A DNA stretch of 64,000 nucleotides from Owenia fusiformis (taxonomy: Eukaryota), in NCBI GenBank assembly GCA_903813345.2, contig CAIIXF020000001.1, positions 35,154,001-35,218,000 on the forward strand. The letters run 5' to 3'. The translations under genes were made by a program, and so were the position numbers. Positions 33,869 through 47,677 of the stretch are shown here, in pieces (positions within the stretch are counted from its first letter, which is position 1; every line of letters begins with the position of its first letter). The notes under the pieces were generated by a model. That model had not been told where the DNA came from. It did no database searches and worked only from the letters and a program-made list of their open reading frames with translations.

Positions 33869-34262
33869 AAAGGACGATTCTCGGTTTGGAGAACGAAGTT
33901 CATCAATCTAAATGAGCATTATCCCTGCTTCGGAAGAATTTTATTTTTTTACATAATATAGATTTGAATGTCTTCTTTTGAATAGTCATGATTTAATTTG
34001 GGTAATATTTCTATATTTTTCGCAAAAAAATATTAGCGCAGTACACTGATGAACTTCTTTCCCCAAATCGAGACTTGTATTTTATTGAATCGGTCTGATT
34101 GAGCGTTATCCCTGCTTCAGACCAATTTGTTATTTTTACATCTTGTAGATTTAAATGTCCTCTTTGGAAAATTCATAGTTTAATTTGGGTAATATTTCTA
34201 TATTTTTCATGAAAAAAGTTATTAGCCCAGGAGACTGTTCTCCAAACCGAGAATCGTCCTTT
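33869..34262. mobile_element. Kolobok-like MITE
   Basis: 26-bp TIR AAAGGACGATTCTCGGTTTGGAGAAC / GTTCTCCAAACCGAGAATCGTCCTTT; internal duplication of about 185 bp. Confidence 0.75.
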
Positions 34263-34809
34263 GAACTGAAATTCAAATCTATTCCTGAAATAATAATTTG
34301 TAAGGGGCAACACATAAAAATCAGATATATCCCAAATAAAAGTATTACCACGAAAACCAACAGTCTCTCAACATTTATCATACATACAAATTCATATATG
34401 ATATTTTTTATCATTATGGCTTTGTGCCATGAAGAAAGCACATGCATTACTTTGAACTTTGATTTTCATTTGCCAACAATGTTAAGGTAGTTCTCCATAA
34501 TATTTAATTCCCTTTAATTGTAATATTTTCATGATCTCCTTAATGTTGGAATTTATATATCTTCATAAAAAGTTAAAATGATTTGCTGATCCAATATTTT
34601 ATTTACGGTTAAATCTTTGATGATGTGCATTTTCTATTTAACATAATATATTTGGCAGTTATTTATCAGGAGAGGCCTTATCTCAGTTAAATGCACATAT
34701 AGAAAAGGGTCAATGTCATTTCACTTTGAATTTTGGCTCAAAATACAAGTGGGATATTTGAAATAAAAACACATCGGATTTAGACTTAAACAGTTTATGT
34801 TATATGTAG

Positions 34810-34856
34810 TTCTGTACAAGGAATGGTTTTATGATGAGGAGAAGTACAGTTGACAG
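34810..34856 (+). CDS. Possible small exon upstream of 36021
   Basis: tgtag|...ATGATGAGGAGAAGTACAGTTGACAG|gtagta ends in phase 2, matching the 36021 exon (MMRRSTVDS-GEVV). Confidence 0.3.
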
Positions 34857-36020
34857 GTAGTAAACATGTGATGTTATTTCATATTCTTATTTTGTACTTT
34901 ATGTAAAACACAAGGTATTTATAACAGGTATGTGTATTTTCAGTACACCTTCGACCTTGCAGGAGGAAGTATGCGTTTAATAGAAAACATGCTACTGGTC
35001 TTTTTATTAGTTTTTAAGTTAAATCAAAATGAATATGCAAATTACATCGGACATCTATATACTTTTCTCTGATTTAACATATTTTGACCATCTTAAAACC
35101 AATTCAAACACAATCAAAATAATGTTATATACTGTAGGTAGGATTCTCAGTAGGCTTTTAGACTTTTGTGCTCCACTGTTGTCTCATGGTGTTTTAGAAA
35201 TCCAGAGTCTAATTTTACATTCTTGTCACATTATTTGTGATAAAACTCTTGAGAAAATACATAAAAACATGGATTAAAGTCAGATATCTTTTTGAAATAT
35301 GTATTATATTGTGATTAAATTAGGCAGATACTCTTCATAAGTATTATGAAAAGTATACTGATAGAGAATCTCTGATCTCACATGGGGGAGGGGTAGTCGC
35401 GATGCCATAGAAAATCCAAGGTCTAAATATTTTCTGGTGAGAACCCTGGTAAGGAATTCAATTTTAAAATATGTTTGAAATAATAAGTATAAAAGTATAT
35501 TTCTCATTGAAAACACATGGCGTTAGTAACATGTAACAACTAATAACAGGTATTCTAATGTTTCTTAAATGGAGTCTCTGTGTTCTTTACACAAATGTTA
35601 GTTAAAAAATTGTTAAAAGTTAAAATGCATGGTTTTTCACTACCATGACACCTGTATATCCAAACACCTATCTAATCCAAAAACCTCTCAATGTGAACAC
35701 TTCCTTGTTTTTAAATTTGTTACCTCCCATTGATTCACATTATAAAACCTCTCAATGTGAACACTTTTCCTTGATTTTAAATTTGTTACCTCCCATTGAT
35801 TCACATTATAAAACCTTGAGATGTGAACATCTGCTAATCCAAACATTTTAACTGGTCCCAGAGGCGTTCAGATTAGGCAGGTTTTGCCGTATATTCTCAT
35901 GACCAGATGATGCTCAATAAAAAAATAAATTACATCATTTTCAAAACTGATTTCTCAATTTAACAAAAATATGATTCTGAAAAAATGATATATTTATTAT
36001 TTAATTACATGTATTTCCAG

Positions 36021-36177
36021 TGGTGAGGTGGTCCATCAGAAAGCTGTGATGTTCACAGATGCAGATCTACCCAGCTATAGGCTGGGCCAGAGTCTGCCTA
36101 ATACGCCTATCAATTCACGATCCAAATCACCTCTGGATATGTCGCAGAAGCTTATCAAGACACTAAACTCACCATTT
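36021..36177 (+). CDS. Coding exon of an unidentified gene
   Basis: tatttccag acceptor, gtaagt donor, single open frame GEVVHQKAVMFTDADLPSYRLGQSLPNTPINSRSKSPLDMSQKLIKTLNSPF, GC-richer than the flanks. Confidence 0.62.
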
Positions 36178-36255
36178 GTAAGTATGGAATTATATTCAGT
36201 TTGTCCAAACCTCTGTTTTAATGAAAAAGAGGGTTTGTAAAGATAAGGTGTAATA

Positions 36256-36433
36256 CAGTAAACCCATCTTAGTGAACCTCTCCATAGTGAATACCTTTGT
36301 CCAGTGAAACCCTTTCCCAGCACATACTCCATCCACTTCTGTATAAAATTGCCTCTCTGTAGTGGACACTCACCTACCACGAAGACTTGTTTTGCTCCAT
36401 AGCTGAGATGTTCACTGTACACAGGTTTTACTG
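36256..36433. mobile_element. Tc1/pogo-type MITE
   Basis: TA|CAGTAAACCC...GGTTTTACTG|TA. Confidence 0.7.
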
Positions 36434-38071
36434 TAAATATAAGATATATGCAACAAATAAATTAAAAACTTTCTCTTTACTTTTATGGATTCATCATAGG
36501 TAGATAGTTAATACAGGTTACCTCTGAAGATTCAAACAATTGGTGAATTGCACACCTCTGGCTCCAATATATTCTCATTTCATTATTAACCCCAGGTCTG
36601 AACCTGTGCAGTCAGATTTTACAATGAAGTTATTATAAGCTGTAATAATAGTCAATTATTTCTTTGTGTTCCTTCATATTACTACATATTACCAGGAACT
36701 ACATCTGTAGTTCATTACCATGATGTATTGGATGTTGCTGAGTAACTCTGTATATTCAGAGGAAAACAAATATAAAAAAGTATATCCAATATGCTCTGAG
36801 CAAGTGTCTGTTTACCCCAGTTGTACTAACTGTATCTTGATCCAGTGCATCATATTGAGCTTTTATTTGGCTTTAGTTGGATCGATCATCAGAACTAACT
36901 CTCTTGTAGCAAATAACCAGTTTGAGTTAATTGTATTTTATTTCATTAATATGACTGAATCTACACTGTAGTTGGTTCCTTAAAGAAAAGGTGGCATTGG
37001 TTCTCAGAGGCTTGAATGAGAGAAATGTGGTGACTGCAATATTGTTTCCACTAGATGTAAAGATGGCATTTGTTCAAAGAATCCTGGTAACTTCATGTAA
37101 AATACTTTATATAAGTACTTGTAAGGTTAGCTGACTCTGGCTGAGGTATAAGTTGAGGATTCAGGGAGAATTTGAAGTTGAGGATTCTCCTTTGGGATAT
37201 CATTGATATTTGATCAATAATATGACTCTTGTGTTGGACATTATTGTTGAAACACATATAAATAATTTTTGTGGATTGTGCATTGCTTTAAGGCATATTT
37301 GAATAGACAATGTGCATGTGTTTTAACAGTGATGTATCTATTATGGACCACATAGCATATAGCATACTCCCCTTTGGCACATCTTCTCCATAAGAAAGGA
37401 TTTAAATTTGTTGTTTATACAATTGAATGTTGATTATGGAGATAGAGAAAACACTTCTATCTGTGTGTCTGTCCATCTAATCCTTTGATGTTTTATATGT
37501 AATTGCATAGAAGAATGAACCATTATCTTTTTGCAATCTATCTAGTATAGAGGGCAATTTGAGAAATGATTGCTGGCAGTCATTTCTGCCTCTAAATAAG
37601 GTATACAATGGATTTGCCTTGGTGTTGCCGTTATCTTGTTATGTTCGGGATGGTGTCTAATTATCGATCATCAGTCATAGAACAATGAAGGTAATTTTGC
37701 TACAGTTTCAGAAATTTAAAATGTTGATTTGACTTTCACTTGAATATTCAAAGAATTAACACCATTCGCTTAATGAAACCATCATTTACCTCCTCCCCAA
37801 CCAACTAAGTTTGTAAGTCTACAACAGTTGATTATTGGACACCATCCCATATTGGGAGAGATGTTGACATAAGATAAACTGCCTCATGTTTCACATGTCC
37901 CCAAGAGATTGATAAAATGCACTTTGTCATAATTAGCTCTACAAACACATTTTTAGATTCCTTGTCCAATTTTTAGATGCTTTAGACAGGAAATCCAATG
38001 ACGCAAAAAGAGATTACTTTGTCTGAACACAGCAGATCAAAGCAAACTGCAGAGATAATTGTGGATCTTTA

Positions 38072-40346
38072 ATTAGACTCCAGATGAAAATCTGGAGTCT
38101 ATTGCTTTTGCCAGTTTTCCTATTATTCTTTCTTTCTTTCTTTCTTTCCGAACACTTTTTCTCAGCAACTAGAAGAACTGACTTAAATCTGCTAACATAG
38201 TCAACTAGGTAATGAAACCTAGTTTCTGGGAAATTAGGTCAAATGTTTATCTAGGTCAAAGGTCAAGAACTAGGTCAAATCGTGGGTTTTCACTATTTTA
38301 CAAGTTTTCTCAGTCGTCCTTCGGTATTTTTGCTCCGGGTTTTTTTCATCATGTTCCTTAGAAAAATAGCTAATTCCGTAAGGCAAATCGTTTTTTGATT
38401 ACTTTTACCGATTTTGAGAAATGACGTCCGAAAAGTAGGTCAGAACATGAAAAGTTCTCCAAATTCAACGTGTGAATTATCAAATAAGTGTAGAATTATC
38501 TCAGGAATCCGAATCTGCAAACAAAATTTCGATCCGACTACCGGTTTAGAAGTTATAGCATTTTGAAATCTCAAAATCGCTAAATTTGGTGCCCCATGTT
38601 AAGTCAATGGGGAAAAAGACTTCTTCGAAGTGTAAAATACGAGATATAGACTGAGTACAGCTTAACATAATGAAAGCCTATAAAAGAAGGGGACCTCGAA
38701 GGCTATCTAGCTTTAAAATTTGGACAGCAAAATGCCTAGGTCAAAATCTAGGTCAAATTTATAGCATTTTCTTATTTTTACGATTCTGACACTACACTTA
38801 AATGATTTGCTTCAAAATTTTGTATACAGGTAGCAAAGAGTGTGCTTATAGTGATAGCCTTTTGCCGTCAGAAAGTATTTTGACCCACTTTTGAGATATG
38901 GTGTCCGAAATGTAGGTCAAACTAAAAAGTTAACCAAATTTAACATATGAGCTATGAAATAAGTGTAGAATTTTCTCAGGAATCTGAATCTGCAAACCAA
39001 ATTCCGATCCGACATCCGGTTCGAAAGTTATGGCGTTTTGAAAATTTTGAGAAAAATCGATCTGTTGATATCCTGATAGAAAGTCAAGGAAAAAAGATTT
39101 TTTTGAAGTGTAAAATACGAGATATCGATTGAGTACAGCTTAAGATAAGGAATTCCTATAAAAGAAGGGGACCTCAAAAGCTACTTAGTTTCAATATTTG
39201 GACACCAAAATGCCTAGGTCAAAATCTAGGTCAAATTCATAGTTTTTCCTTATTTTTGCGATTCTGGCACTACACTTTTAGGATTTGCTTCAAAATTTTG
39301 TATACAGGTAGCAAAGAGTGGGCTAATAGTGTAAGCCTTTTGCCGTCAAAGAGTATTTTGACCCACTTTTGAGATATGGTGTCCGAAAAGTAGGTCAAAA
39401 TAAAAAACTCTCCAAATTTTACATATGAGTTATGAATTAAGAGTAGAATTTTCTCAGGAATCCGAATCTGCAAATCAAATTTCGATCCGACTTCCGGTTC
39501 CAAAGTTATGGCGTGTCCAAAAAGTAGGTCAAAATAAAAATTCGCCAAATTTAACGTATGAGTTATGAATAAGGGGTAGAATTTTGTCAGGAATCCGAAT
39601 CTTTAAATCAAATTTCGATCCGACTTCCGGTTTGAAAGTTATGGCGTTTTGAAATTTCGAGAAAAATCGATCTGATGTTATCCTGATAGAAAGTCAAGGA
39701 AAAAAGATTTTTTTGAAGTGTAAAATACGAGATATAGATTGAGTACAGCTTAAGATAATGAATTCCTATAAAAGAAGGGGACCTCAAAAGCTACCTAGTT
39801 TCAATATTTGGACACCAAAATGCCTAGGTCAAAATCTAGGTCAAATTCATAGTTTTTCCTTATTTTTGCGATTCTGGCACTACACTTTTAGGATTTGCTT
39901 CAAAATTTTGTATACAGGTAGCAAACAGTGTGCTTATAGTGTTAGCCTTTTGCCGTCAGAGAGTATTTTGACCCACTTTTGAGATATGGTGTCCGTAAAG
40001 TAGGTCAAAATAAAATGAGTTATGAATTAAGGGTAGAATTTTCTCAGGAATCCAAATCTGCAAACCAAATTTCAATCTGACTTCCGGTCAAAAATTCCTA
40101 CTTACCTACCTACTTACCTACTCGGCTACCTACTTAGCTACCTACTCAGCTACCTACTCAGCTACTTACTCCGCTACCTACTCAGCTACTTACTCAGCTA
40201 CCTGCTCAGCTACCTACTCAGCTACTTACTCAATTACTTAATCATCTACTTACTCAGCTTCCTACTCAGTTACTTACTCAGCTCTTTACTCAAGTAAATC
40301 AATCTGGAGTCTTAAATTGAACTTTGTTCAATTTACAAATCTAGTT
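38072..40346 (+). mobile_element. Helentron/DINE-like element, family D
   Basis: Sub-TIR AGACTCCAGAT (38075) with adjacent IR (38090) and a distal copy (40302); (TTTC)n; 480-610-bp compound repeats; CTACTCAG minisatellite at 40097-40290; 3' stem-loop AAATTGAAC-TTT-GTTCAATTT, then CTAGTT. Confidence 0.85.
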
Positions 40347-42759
40347 ATTATTGCCAGTGTAATGGTTAGCTGTTAGTCCTCAATTCTGAGTAATAAAATC
40401 AAATACTCACGTCAAGTCCACTGAAAATGTTTTTTTTGAGTTGTTTTGCAAAACTGGAACTTTCAGGAATCATCAAAATTATAAAAAATTAAAAATTGAA
40501 GAAACTTCCCAGGTCAGCCATGCATTGAATGAAGTTAGTATGGATAAATATAGATAACGCCATGTATGTCTATCCATCAGTCTATCAATGTTGAATAATA
40601 TGTCTTTATTACAAGAAGCCCGTTGATTTGTATCTAGACCCGTTTTTTTTACGGTATGAATAAGTAAATAAGAATAGATTGCGTTTTAACAAATTTTTAA
40701 AAATTTCCAGATATGAAAAATTGGCCTTTCTGAAATCCTTAACCAGGTGTTTAGGAGTATATTCGAAACATAATCTACATTTGTATTGTTTGTATGTGAG
40801 CATATGGTAGCATAGCAGAGGAGTTCTTTGAAAAAAAACTAAAATGATTTCTGAGAAATTGGCCTTCAGTGGTATTTGTTGATCTGTAGAGTAATAATGA
40901 TTCATGGAGTTATAATCTTTGTGCCAAAAATCATGTTAATAAGAATAACAATGATAGATACTTGATTCAACAAGACTTTTATGCAACTATTACATGCATG
41001 AAACAAATTACAAGGAATATTTCATCATGCTTGCTTGGTTTAAGTATATATCAGTAATCGAGTTATAACATTGTTACTAGATCCCTGTAATCAATCCTGC
41101 ATTGTGAGTCTATCTGAACTATTGCTGTAAGTGAGCACCAGGGAATTTAAGAAAAATAATCTTTACACTTAAAGCTATCAGAATTATGTTATACGAAAAT
41201 TACTGATTAATTTTTGAAAAATTCAGTAAATGTCACAGCTTCTTGATAAAGTGACATCATTTGGAGCATCAGAGCGCCAGACATATTGACTGCAATTGGT
41301 TTAACTGTAGACTCACCATATCAGTTCCAAAACTGTTTTGCACATGTTAAGTTTTATCAGAACCTATAATAAGAACATGTATATTGGCTGTGAAAATAGT
41401 ATAGCAATATAATATAAATTAACATAAGAATATAGATTATTAATATGCTGACCATACATAATGCAAAGACTATAAGCACCAAAATACAATAGCAGAGAGC
41501 TGTGACTCCAGGGATATTCTGTATATTTTAAAGACTAAAATTCTTAAAAAGCTCTGATGCCCTTAGGCAAATTTTGATCCAGGTTCTAAACTATTTGCTT
41601 CAGACATCATTTGAGTCCTACCAATAATCATGCGATGTATTGATGTAATATGTATATAACCAGTGGCTATCCTGTTTTCAATTTATATTTGTAAACACAT
41701 CTTATATCAACTTCATCTGATGTTATTGATTGCACATATCAAAGACAATATAAAACTAATACCTGGAAAATTGAATCGATTCTGGGGTATACTTACACCT
41801 TATACAATTATTTAACATTGATTTATCTGTATGATGCCAGGCAGTAGAATGCTCTGCTACTTACAATAAGGACCATAATTTGTTTAGTTTAGTAATCCCT
41901 GGATAGTTGCTGGCTTAATGAATTTATATAATTTGGACAATGTGCCCATTCTGCAAATTATCCTACAGGATTGAGGTTCATTTCCTCAAGTTCCCCTTTG
42001 CTGTATTGTAATTTATTATTCTGCCATGAATCTAACACTCAACTCTCTGTCTGTAACTTATCATTTACTGTTTTAATGCCAGTAATATCTGTTTGAATAA
42101 AGGCCAGATCAAATTGATTTGGTTTATTAGAAAGGTCCTAAACATGTTTAGTTAAAAAAATTTGATGAGAAAATTCCACAGTTGGATGGAACTCAATGTA
42201 TAACATTTTAGATGACGCTTTAGAGAGCACCTTGACCAAATTCCTGTTATGTATGTACTAGCATTATTTTAGGATGACCACACTTTGTTGTACTTAGCAT
42301 CAAATCGATCTCCCTTCCTCTATAAGAGGAGATAACTCATGCTTCACTTGAGAAGTATCATTTGGATGCTGAGATGTAACTAATGCATTGTGACAGTTCT
42401 GTCATCTCACTCAATTTAGATTAAGTCTACCTACAGGCTGACTGCTCCATGGCTTCTTTAATGCTATTAACAACTCTAAAAGAAGCTATAAAACTCAATT
42501 AGGCATGTCATGTCAAAATAAATTGTTGAATGATGTGTCTACCAATATAAAACTCAGTTCAGAATGTAGAAATAAGGGACAAAGGAAATACATGGACACT
42601 GTATTATTTGGTTGTCTTGGCCAAAGATTAAAATCATCCCATTGAACGAAAATTGGGGAATATAGAGAAACCTCCATCTATCTTTTATGGCATTGACTCA
42701 TTTGTTCTTCTTATTACCCTCTACATGAAATCTACAATTCAATGATGTACCACCTGATG

Positions 42760-43550
42760 TTGTCCAATACTATGTTATGAATGTGAGATTTGGTATGATA
42801 AAAAAAACAGATGAAATCTATTGAAACAAACAGCTTATCCTGCAGTATATGGCGACCTTGGTAGATTTCCTTTATCTATCAAAATTGAATTATCTATGTT
42901 AAAATATTGGTTAAAACTTATGAAACTACCAGAATCTTATATTTTAAATCAAGCTTATTTATATGGTCAAGAAAAACATGAATTAGGGTTTAAATCTTGG
43001 TCTGGAAAACTTTATGATATTCTTAACAAATGTGATCTGACAGAGTATTGGGATGAGCAAAGTCAAAATACAGACAACTTTAAGTGAACTTGGTTGACAA
43101 GAAACTAAAGAATGCATTTTTATATGATTGGATAAATGATATTTTACAATATCCTAAGTAAAGAATAAGAAGCTATTTAAAAAGTTTTTTTTATTAAAAC
43201 CATATGTGAAACTTGATAATAAAAAAACATAGATTAGCAATATAGGTAGATTTAGGTTAAGTTCACATCAGCTAAAAATAGAATCTGGAAGACACATAAA
43301 ACCCAAACCTGAACCATTTAGTGAAAGGTTATGTAATATATGTAAGTGTGTGGAGGATGAATTTCACTTTATCATAAATTGTACAAAGCATTCTCAACAC
43401 AGGCAAATATTTTTCAGTAAAATTCCTGTAAATATTACCAAAATTTGATCTGAATAGTAACAATTTATTTACAAATATAATTTCTAATGATAATATCATC
43501 TTCCAACGGCATCTTGGTAAATTTATACATCATTCATTTAACAATTTAGA
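42760..43550 (+). mobile_element. Decayed LINE ORF2 C-terminus (RTE-X/CR1-like)
   Basis: PILCYECEIW, YGDLGRFPL..KYWLKL, RFRLSSHQLKIESGRH..ERLCNICKCVEDEFHFIINC, with stops and frameshifts. Confidence 0.82.
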
Positions 43551-43598
43551 ATAATCAGCATAATTTGTGGGTTCATTTCATGTAACATATCTACAGTC

Positions 43599-44175
43599 TT
43601 TATCACACCATCGGTGGGATATAGTCGTCATACTGGTCGTGGTCGTGGTCGTGATCGTGATCGTCCCGCTTTTTGTCATCGCCGTTTAAGGAAAACTGCT
43701 CATCAGATTTTCTCCAAATTCGCAGAGATGATAGAGCATATGAAGTACTGGAGCTGATTAACTTTTTGGTGGCCATCTTGTTTTCTGGTGGCCATTTTTA
43801 AGGTTTTTCGAAAAATCTTCTCATTGCCATTTCAGGAAAACCACTCATTGGATTTCCTTCAAATTTACACACATGATAGAGGATATCAAGTACTAGAGCT
43901 GATTAACTTTTGGGCGGCCATCTTGTTTTCTGGTGGCCATTTTGAAGGTTTTTCGAAAAATCTTGTCATCGCCATTTCAGAAAAACCGCTCATCGGATTT
44001 CCTTCAAATTTACACAAATGATAGAGGATATCAAGTACTAGAGCTGATTAACTTTTGGGTGGCCATCTTGTTTTCTTGTTCTTGAAATTTGTAAACATAA
44101 TAGGAGAACAGTTTTCCTGGTTCATAGTGTCTGCCTATTTGATGGTGTGATCTCGTTCACGTCCTGTGCCTTGTT
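43599..44175 (+). mobile_element. Helentron/DINE-like element, family E
   Basis: Sub-TIR ATCACACCATC (43602) / GATGGTGTGAT (44141); (GGTCGT)n microsatellite; 145-bp units (43751, 43896, 44041). Confidence 0.8.
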
Positions 44176-44185
44176 CACTGTAGCC

Positions 44186-45198
44186 AAAGGAGTGGTATCA
44201 ATATGGAGAAATTTTTTAACACACGTTTGCCCTGGTGACGGATAAGTAAGAGCAGTTTTTAGGGGAAAACTGAAAATAACCTATGCCCAGGGACCTATAC
44301 CTTGAATTTTATCACTGAAATACATTTTTTAGTAAGGACTATCGTATTAGAACAACTTGTCAAAATTTGGTGTAAAAATACTGAATACAACTGGAGATAT
44401 TATCATTTCATCGATGTATACAAATAAAAATTATGGTGCCAAAAGGAGCCTATCGTCCTGAAAGGTATTACATAATAGGGCTCCATATGGAGCCCATCGT
44501 CGTGAAAGGGTTAAACCAGTCATAAAAAATCTAAAAATTTAAAACATTGTCAATTTAATGGCCATCTTTTGAATGGTAACAATATAATTTGAAAAATATA
44601 TATATACTTTAATCTATATTGTTTTAGAAAACACATCAAACACTTGTTTTGTTCTTGGTATCATGTTTCCAGAGTGAAATGAAACATCTTTCCAAACCTC
44701 ATTGGAACAAAACGACATAAACACAACATGTTTAGGTCTCTCAATATTGTAATTGTACAAAGGAAATTTTGGTTGATTTTAAAAAAGTATCTTGTTAATG
44801 AAATACAGGGTTTATCTTTTTTTTATCTATTTTGGGGGGATTTTGTTTTGATTTTTTGAATACTTTTTTAAAATCAACCAAAAATTCCTTTGTATAACTA
44901 TAATATTGAGAGGTCTAAAAACATGTTGTATATGCTATTTTGTTCCAACAAGGTTCGGAAAGACATTTAATTTAATTCTCAAGAATTGGTAGAAAGGAGC
45001 AAAAACAGTTGCACTAAAAAAACAAAAATGTTAACAAAAACAGTTATATAAAATATTTCTAAATAATTTTCGCATTAGATTGTTGTCAATCAGTCAACAT
45101 TACATAAAATACCGTGTTTTTTCACAGAATGTTTTCAATTATTGGTTTAAGAGAAAAACATTGTTGAATTCAGTTCTCCATATCGATACCACTTCTTT
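44186..45198. mobile_element. Second copy of the 12082-14107 TIR element, with a piggyBac-like fragment (about 44230-44510)
   Basis: Same TIRs, inverted orientation; the insert ends ...CGTGAAAGGG|TTAA at a TTAA that is empty in the other copy. Confidence 0.8.
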
Positions 45199-45939
45199 GT
45201 CCAGAGACATTTAAAACACTCTGGCCCAAAAATGTTCTGTCCTACCATTATTTTGTGCTCGCCTAATTGTTAATTCTGATATATCTCCAATGTCTGTCTT
45301 TTATTTTCTGCAAATCAAGGGTAGAGTAGATTAGGGATGGGATGGAAAAAACTTCAGGATGGAACGGGCATAGAGACTAGAGAGTAAGTCAACCCTCGCT
45401 CTTATGTTCTCTCGCCTATAAATATATAGAATATTAGAGAGGGGGACTCTCCCCCTGGAACGGGGTTGTATTTTGGCTTTCAGATTCAGAGCATCGATTT
45501 GATAGATCTAGATTATTGTTTTGCGATCAATGATTTTTTGTGAAAAGATCAAGCAAATGTCGGGGATAAAACCTGTGAACTTAGATTACATCCATCGCCA
45601 AAATTGTTGAAGTATATCTCAACATCTATCGCCAAAATTTTTTCACTTCCTGTTTTTGGCGTTTGTTATTTGCCAGACTGATCTACTGTGTGTATCACTA
45701 TACGTGTATGATGATTGCAAAGAGAGCATTATATGATGTAACATCCTGAACCAGGAGTAACACTACATCAATGACTTATTATACTTTGGAAAGAAGCCAT
45801 CTGGATACTAATTGTACTCATACTAAATACTTGTATTCTTTTCTATTGTGTAATTATACACACTTATATTGAAATGACATTTCATTTGTATTATTCTTTC
45901 CATGAAAACTATTTATGTAATTAAATGCTAATGCTATTT

Positions 45940-46620
45940 ATGCATTATATATAACACCTTTATGGGTATATTCTACTCCTATATTAACAATCTATTGGGT
46001 GCATTATATGTAACACCCTACTAGGTGCATTATAATATGTAACACCCTTATGGGTATATTATATGTAACACTGTAGTGGGTGCATTATATGTAACACCCT
46101 ACTCCTTATACTGGTATAAAACAATCTATTGGGTGCATAATATGTAACACCCTACTCCTTATATAAAACAATCTATTGGGTGCATTATATGTAACACCGG
46201 CCTACTGGGTGCATTATAATATGTAACACCCTTATATTATATGTAACACTGTACTGGGTGTATTCTATGTAACACCCTACTCCTTATATAAAACAATCTA
46301 TTGGGTGCATTATATGTAACACCCCACTAGGTGCATTATAGTATGTAACACCCTTACGGGAACATTATATGAAACACTGTACTGGGTACATTCTATGTAA
46401 CACCCTACTCCTTATACAAAACAATCTATTGGTGCATTATATGTAACACCCCACTGGATGCCTTATATGAAACAACCTACTTGGTGCATTATATCTAAAA
46501 CCCCACTGGGTGAATTGTAACACCCTTATAGGTGCATTATATGTAACACCCCACTGGGTATATTATATGTGAGGCCCCACTGGATGCATTATATGTAATG
46601 CCCTATTAGGTAAATTATAT
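45940..46620. repeat. Minisatellite of about 26 bp with hairpin-forming unit
   Basis: GGGTGCATTATATGTAACACCC repeated about 20 times with short variable linkers. Confidence 0.9.
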
Positions 46621-47677
46621 TCAACATCCACTTTTTTATGTAGAACACTGGCATGGTGTCTAATTATATTCACCAACACATTACTGAATCCCCTTGAGAA
46701 ATAAGCATAAAATAATTATGGCAATATTAGTAGCTCCCAGTGAAGTAACACCTTGTGATCTATGTATGCCTCTTTCAAGGAACTCTCTTAAATGACAATG
46801 AATTACTGATGTTTTTTTATCATGACAAGATTTGATGTATTATCTTTGATATCAGCTTTGCAAGATGAAATATGAGAAGATATTAGGCCAGGTCAAATAT
46901 ATAAAACGTTTAACATATTCTTCTGTATCTATTTTTATTTACTACATGTATACCATTAATGTGCCAGAACAAAGTCAGTATTTACTTATAATAGATTCAA
47001 TGTTTCGCAATTTTACAATAATTTTGGCTCATATCATCCCTGTTACATCTTTTTCCTAAAAATACCCAATGATCAAATAATTGCAATTAAAGTACAAATG
47101 TAGATGTTGTATTGGTTGGCACCACCAATAAGATAACATGCAAATTTTCTGTTAGTTACTTTTCATAAGGGCTCTGCCATAGAACAGTGAAAGCAATTAA
47201 GCAGAATATCTACAAGAATCTCTTTATTAACTAACAGGAATGCAAAGGCCACGCCTAGGATACTACAAAGGCAGTGATCTCCGCACAATATGATTCTCCA
47301 GGTCGCCTGGTTGAACATTTCTACCGCCTAGTTGGTGCCTGATTGAAACATTTCTTCAGCCTTAATGATGGACTATTAATGTTGATCGGGTACTCCAAAA
47401 TTGTCACTTTTGGGACCTGATTTCAAGTCTAAAATACAGGTTATTGACACTATATTTAGCTCTAAAACTTGTTATACATTATTGTGTTTGGAACTCAACA
47501 AATATAGCAATAAATTATCGCTACATTATCTAATTACACTTCGATTTGATCAAATGCAAACCAGGAAGTAAGTGTATTGTAATAGGTGAGACTTCACAAT
47601 CAATAAATGTTGATAGGGTAGTTACTGCCGATCAACATTAACAAAATCTTGATTCGATAAAATGAATGGCTGTCTAA

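Noticed and set aside
34944..34968. 25-nt micro-exon candidate (ttttcag...GAA|gtatgc)
   Set aside because: Including it would break the phase with exon 36021; no independent support.
45940..46620. CRISPR-like array (palindromic repeats with spacers)
   Set aside because: Linkers are mostly 3-6 nt and recur, the repeats are degenerate, there are no cas genes and the context is eukaryotic. It is a minisatellite.
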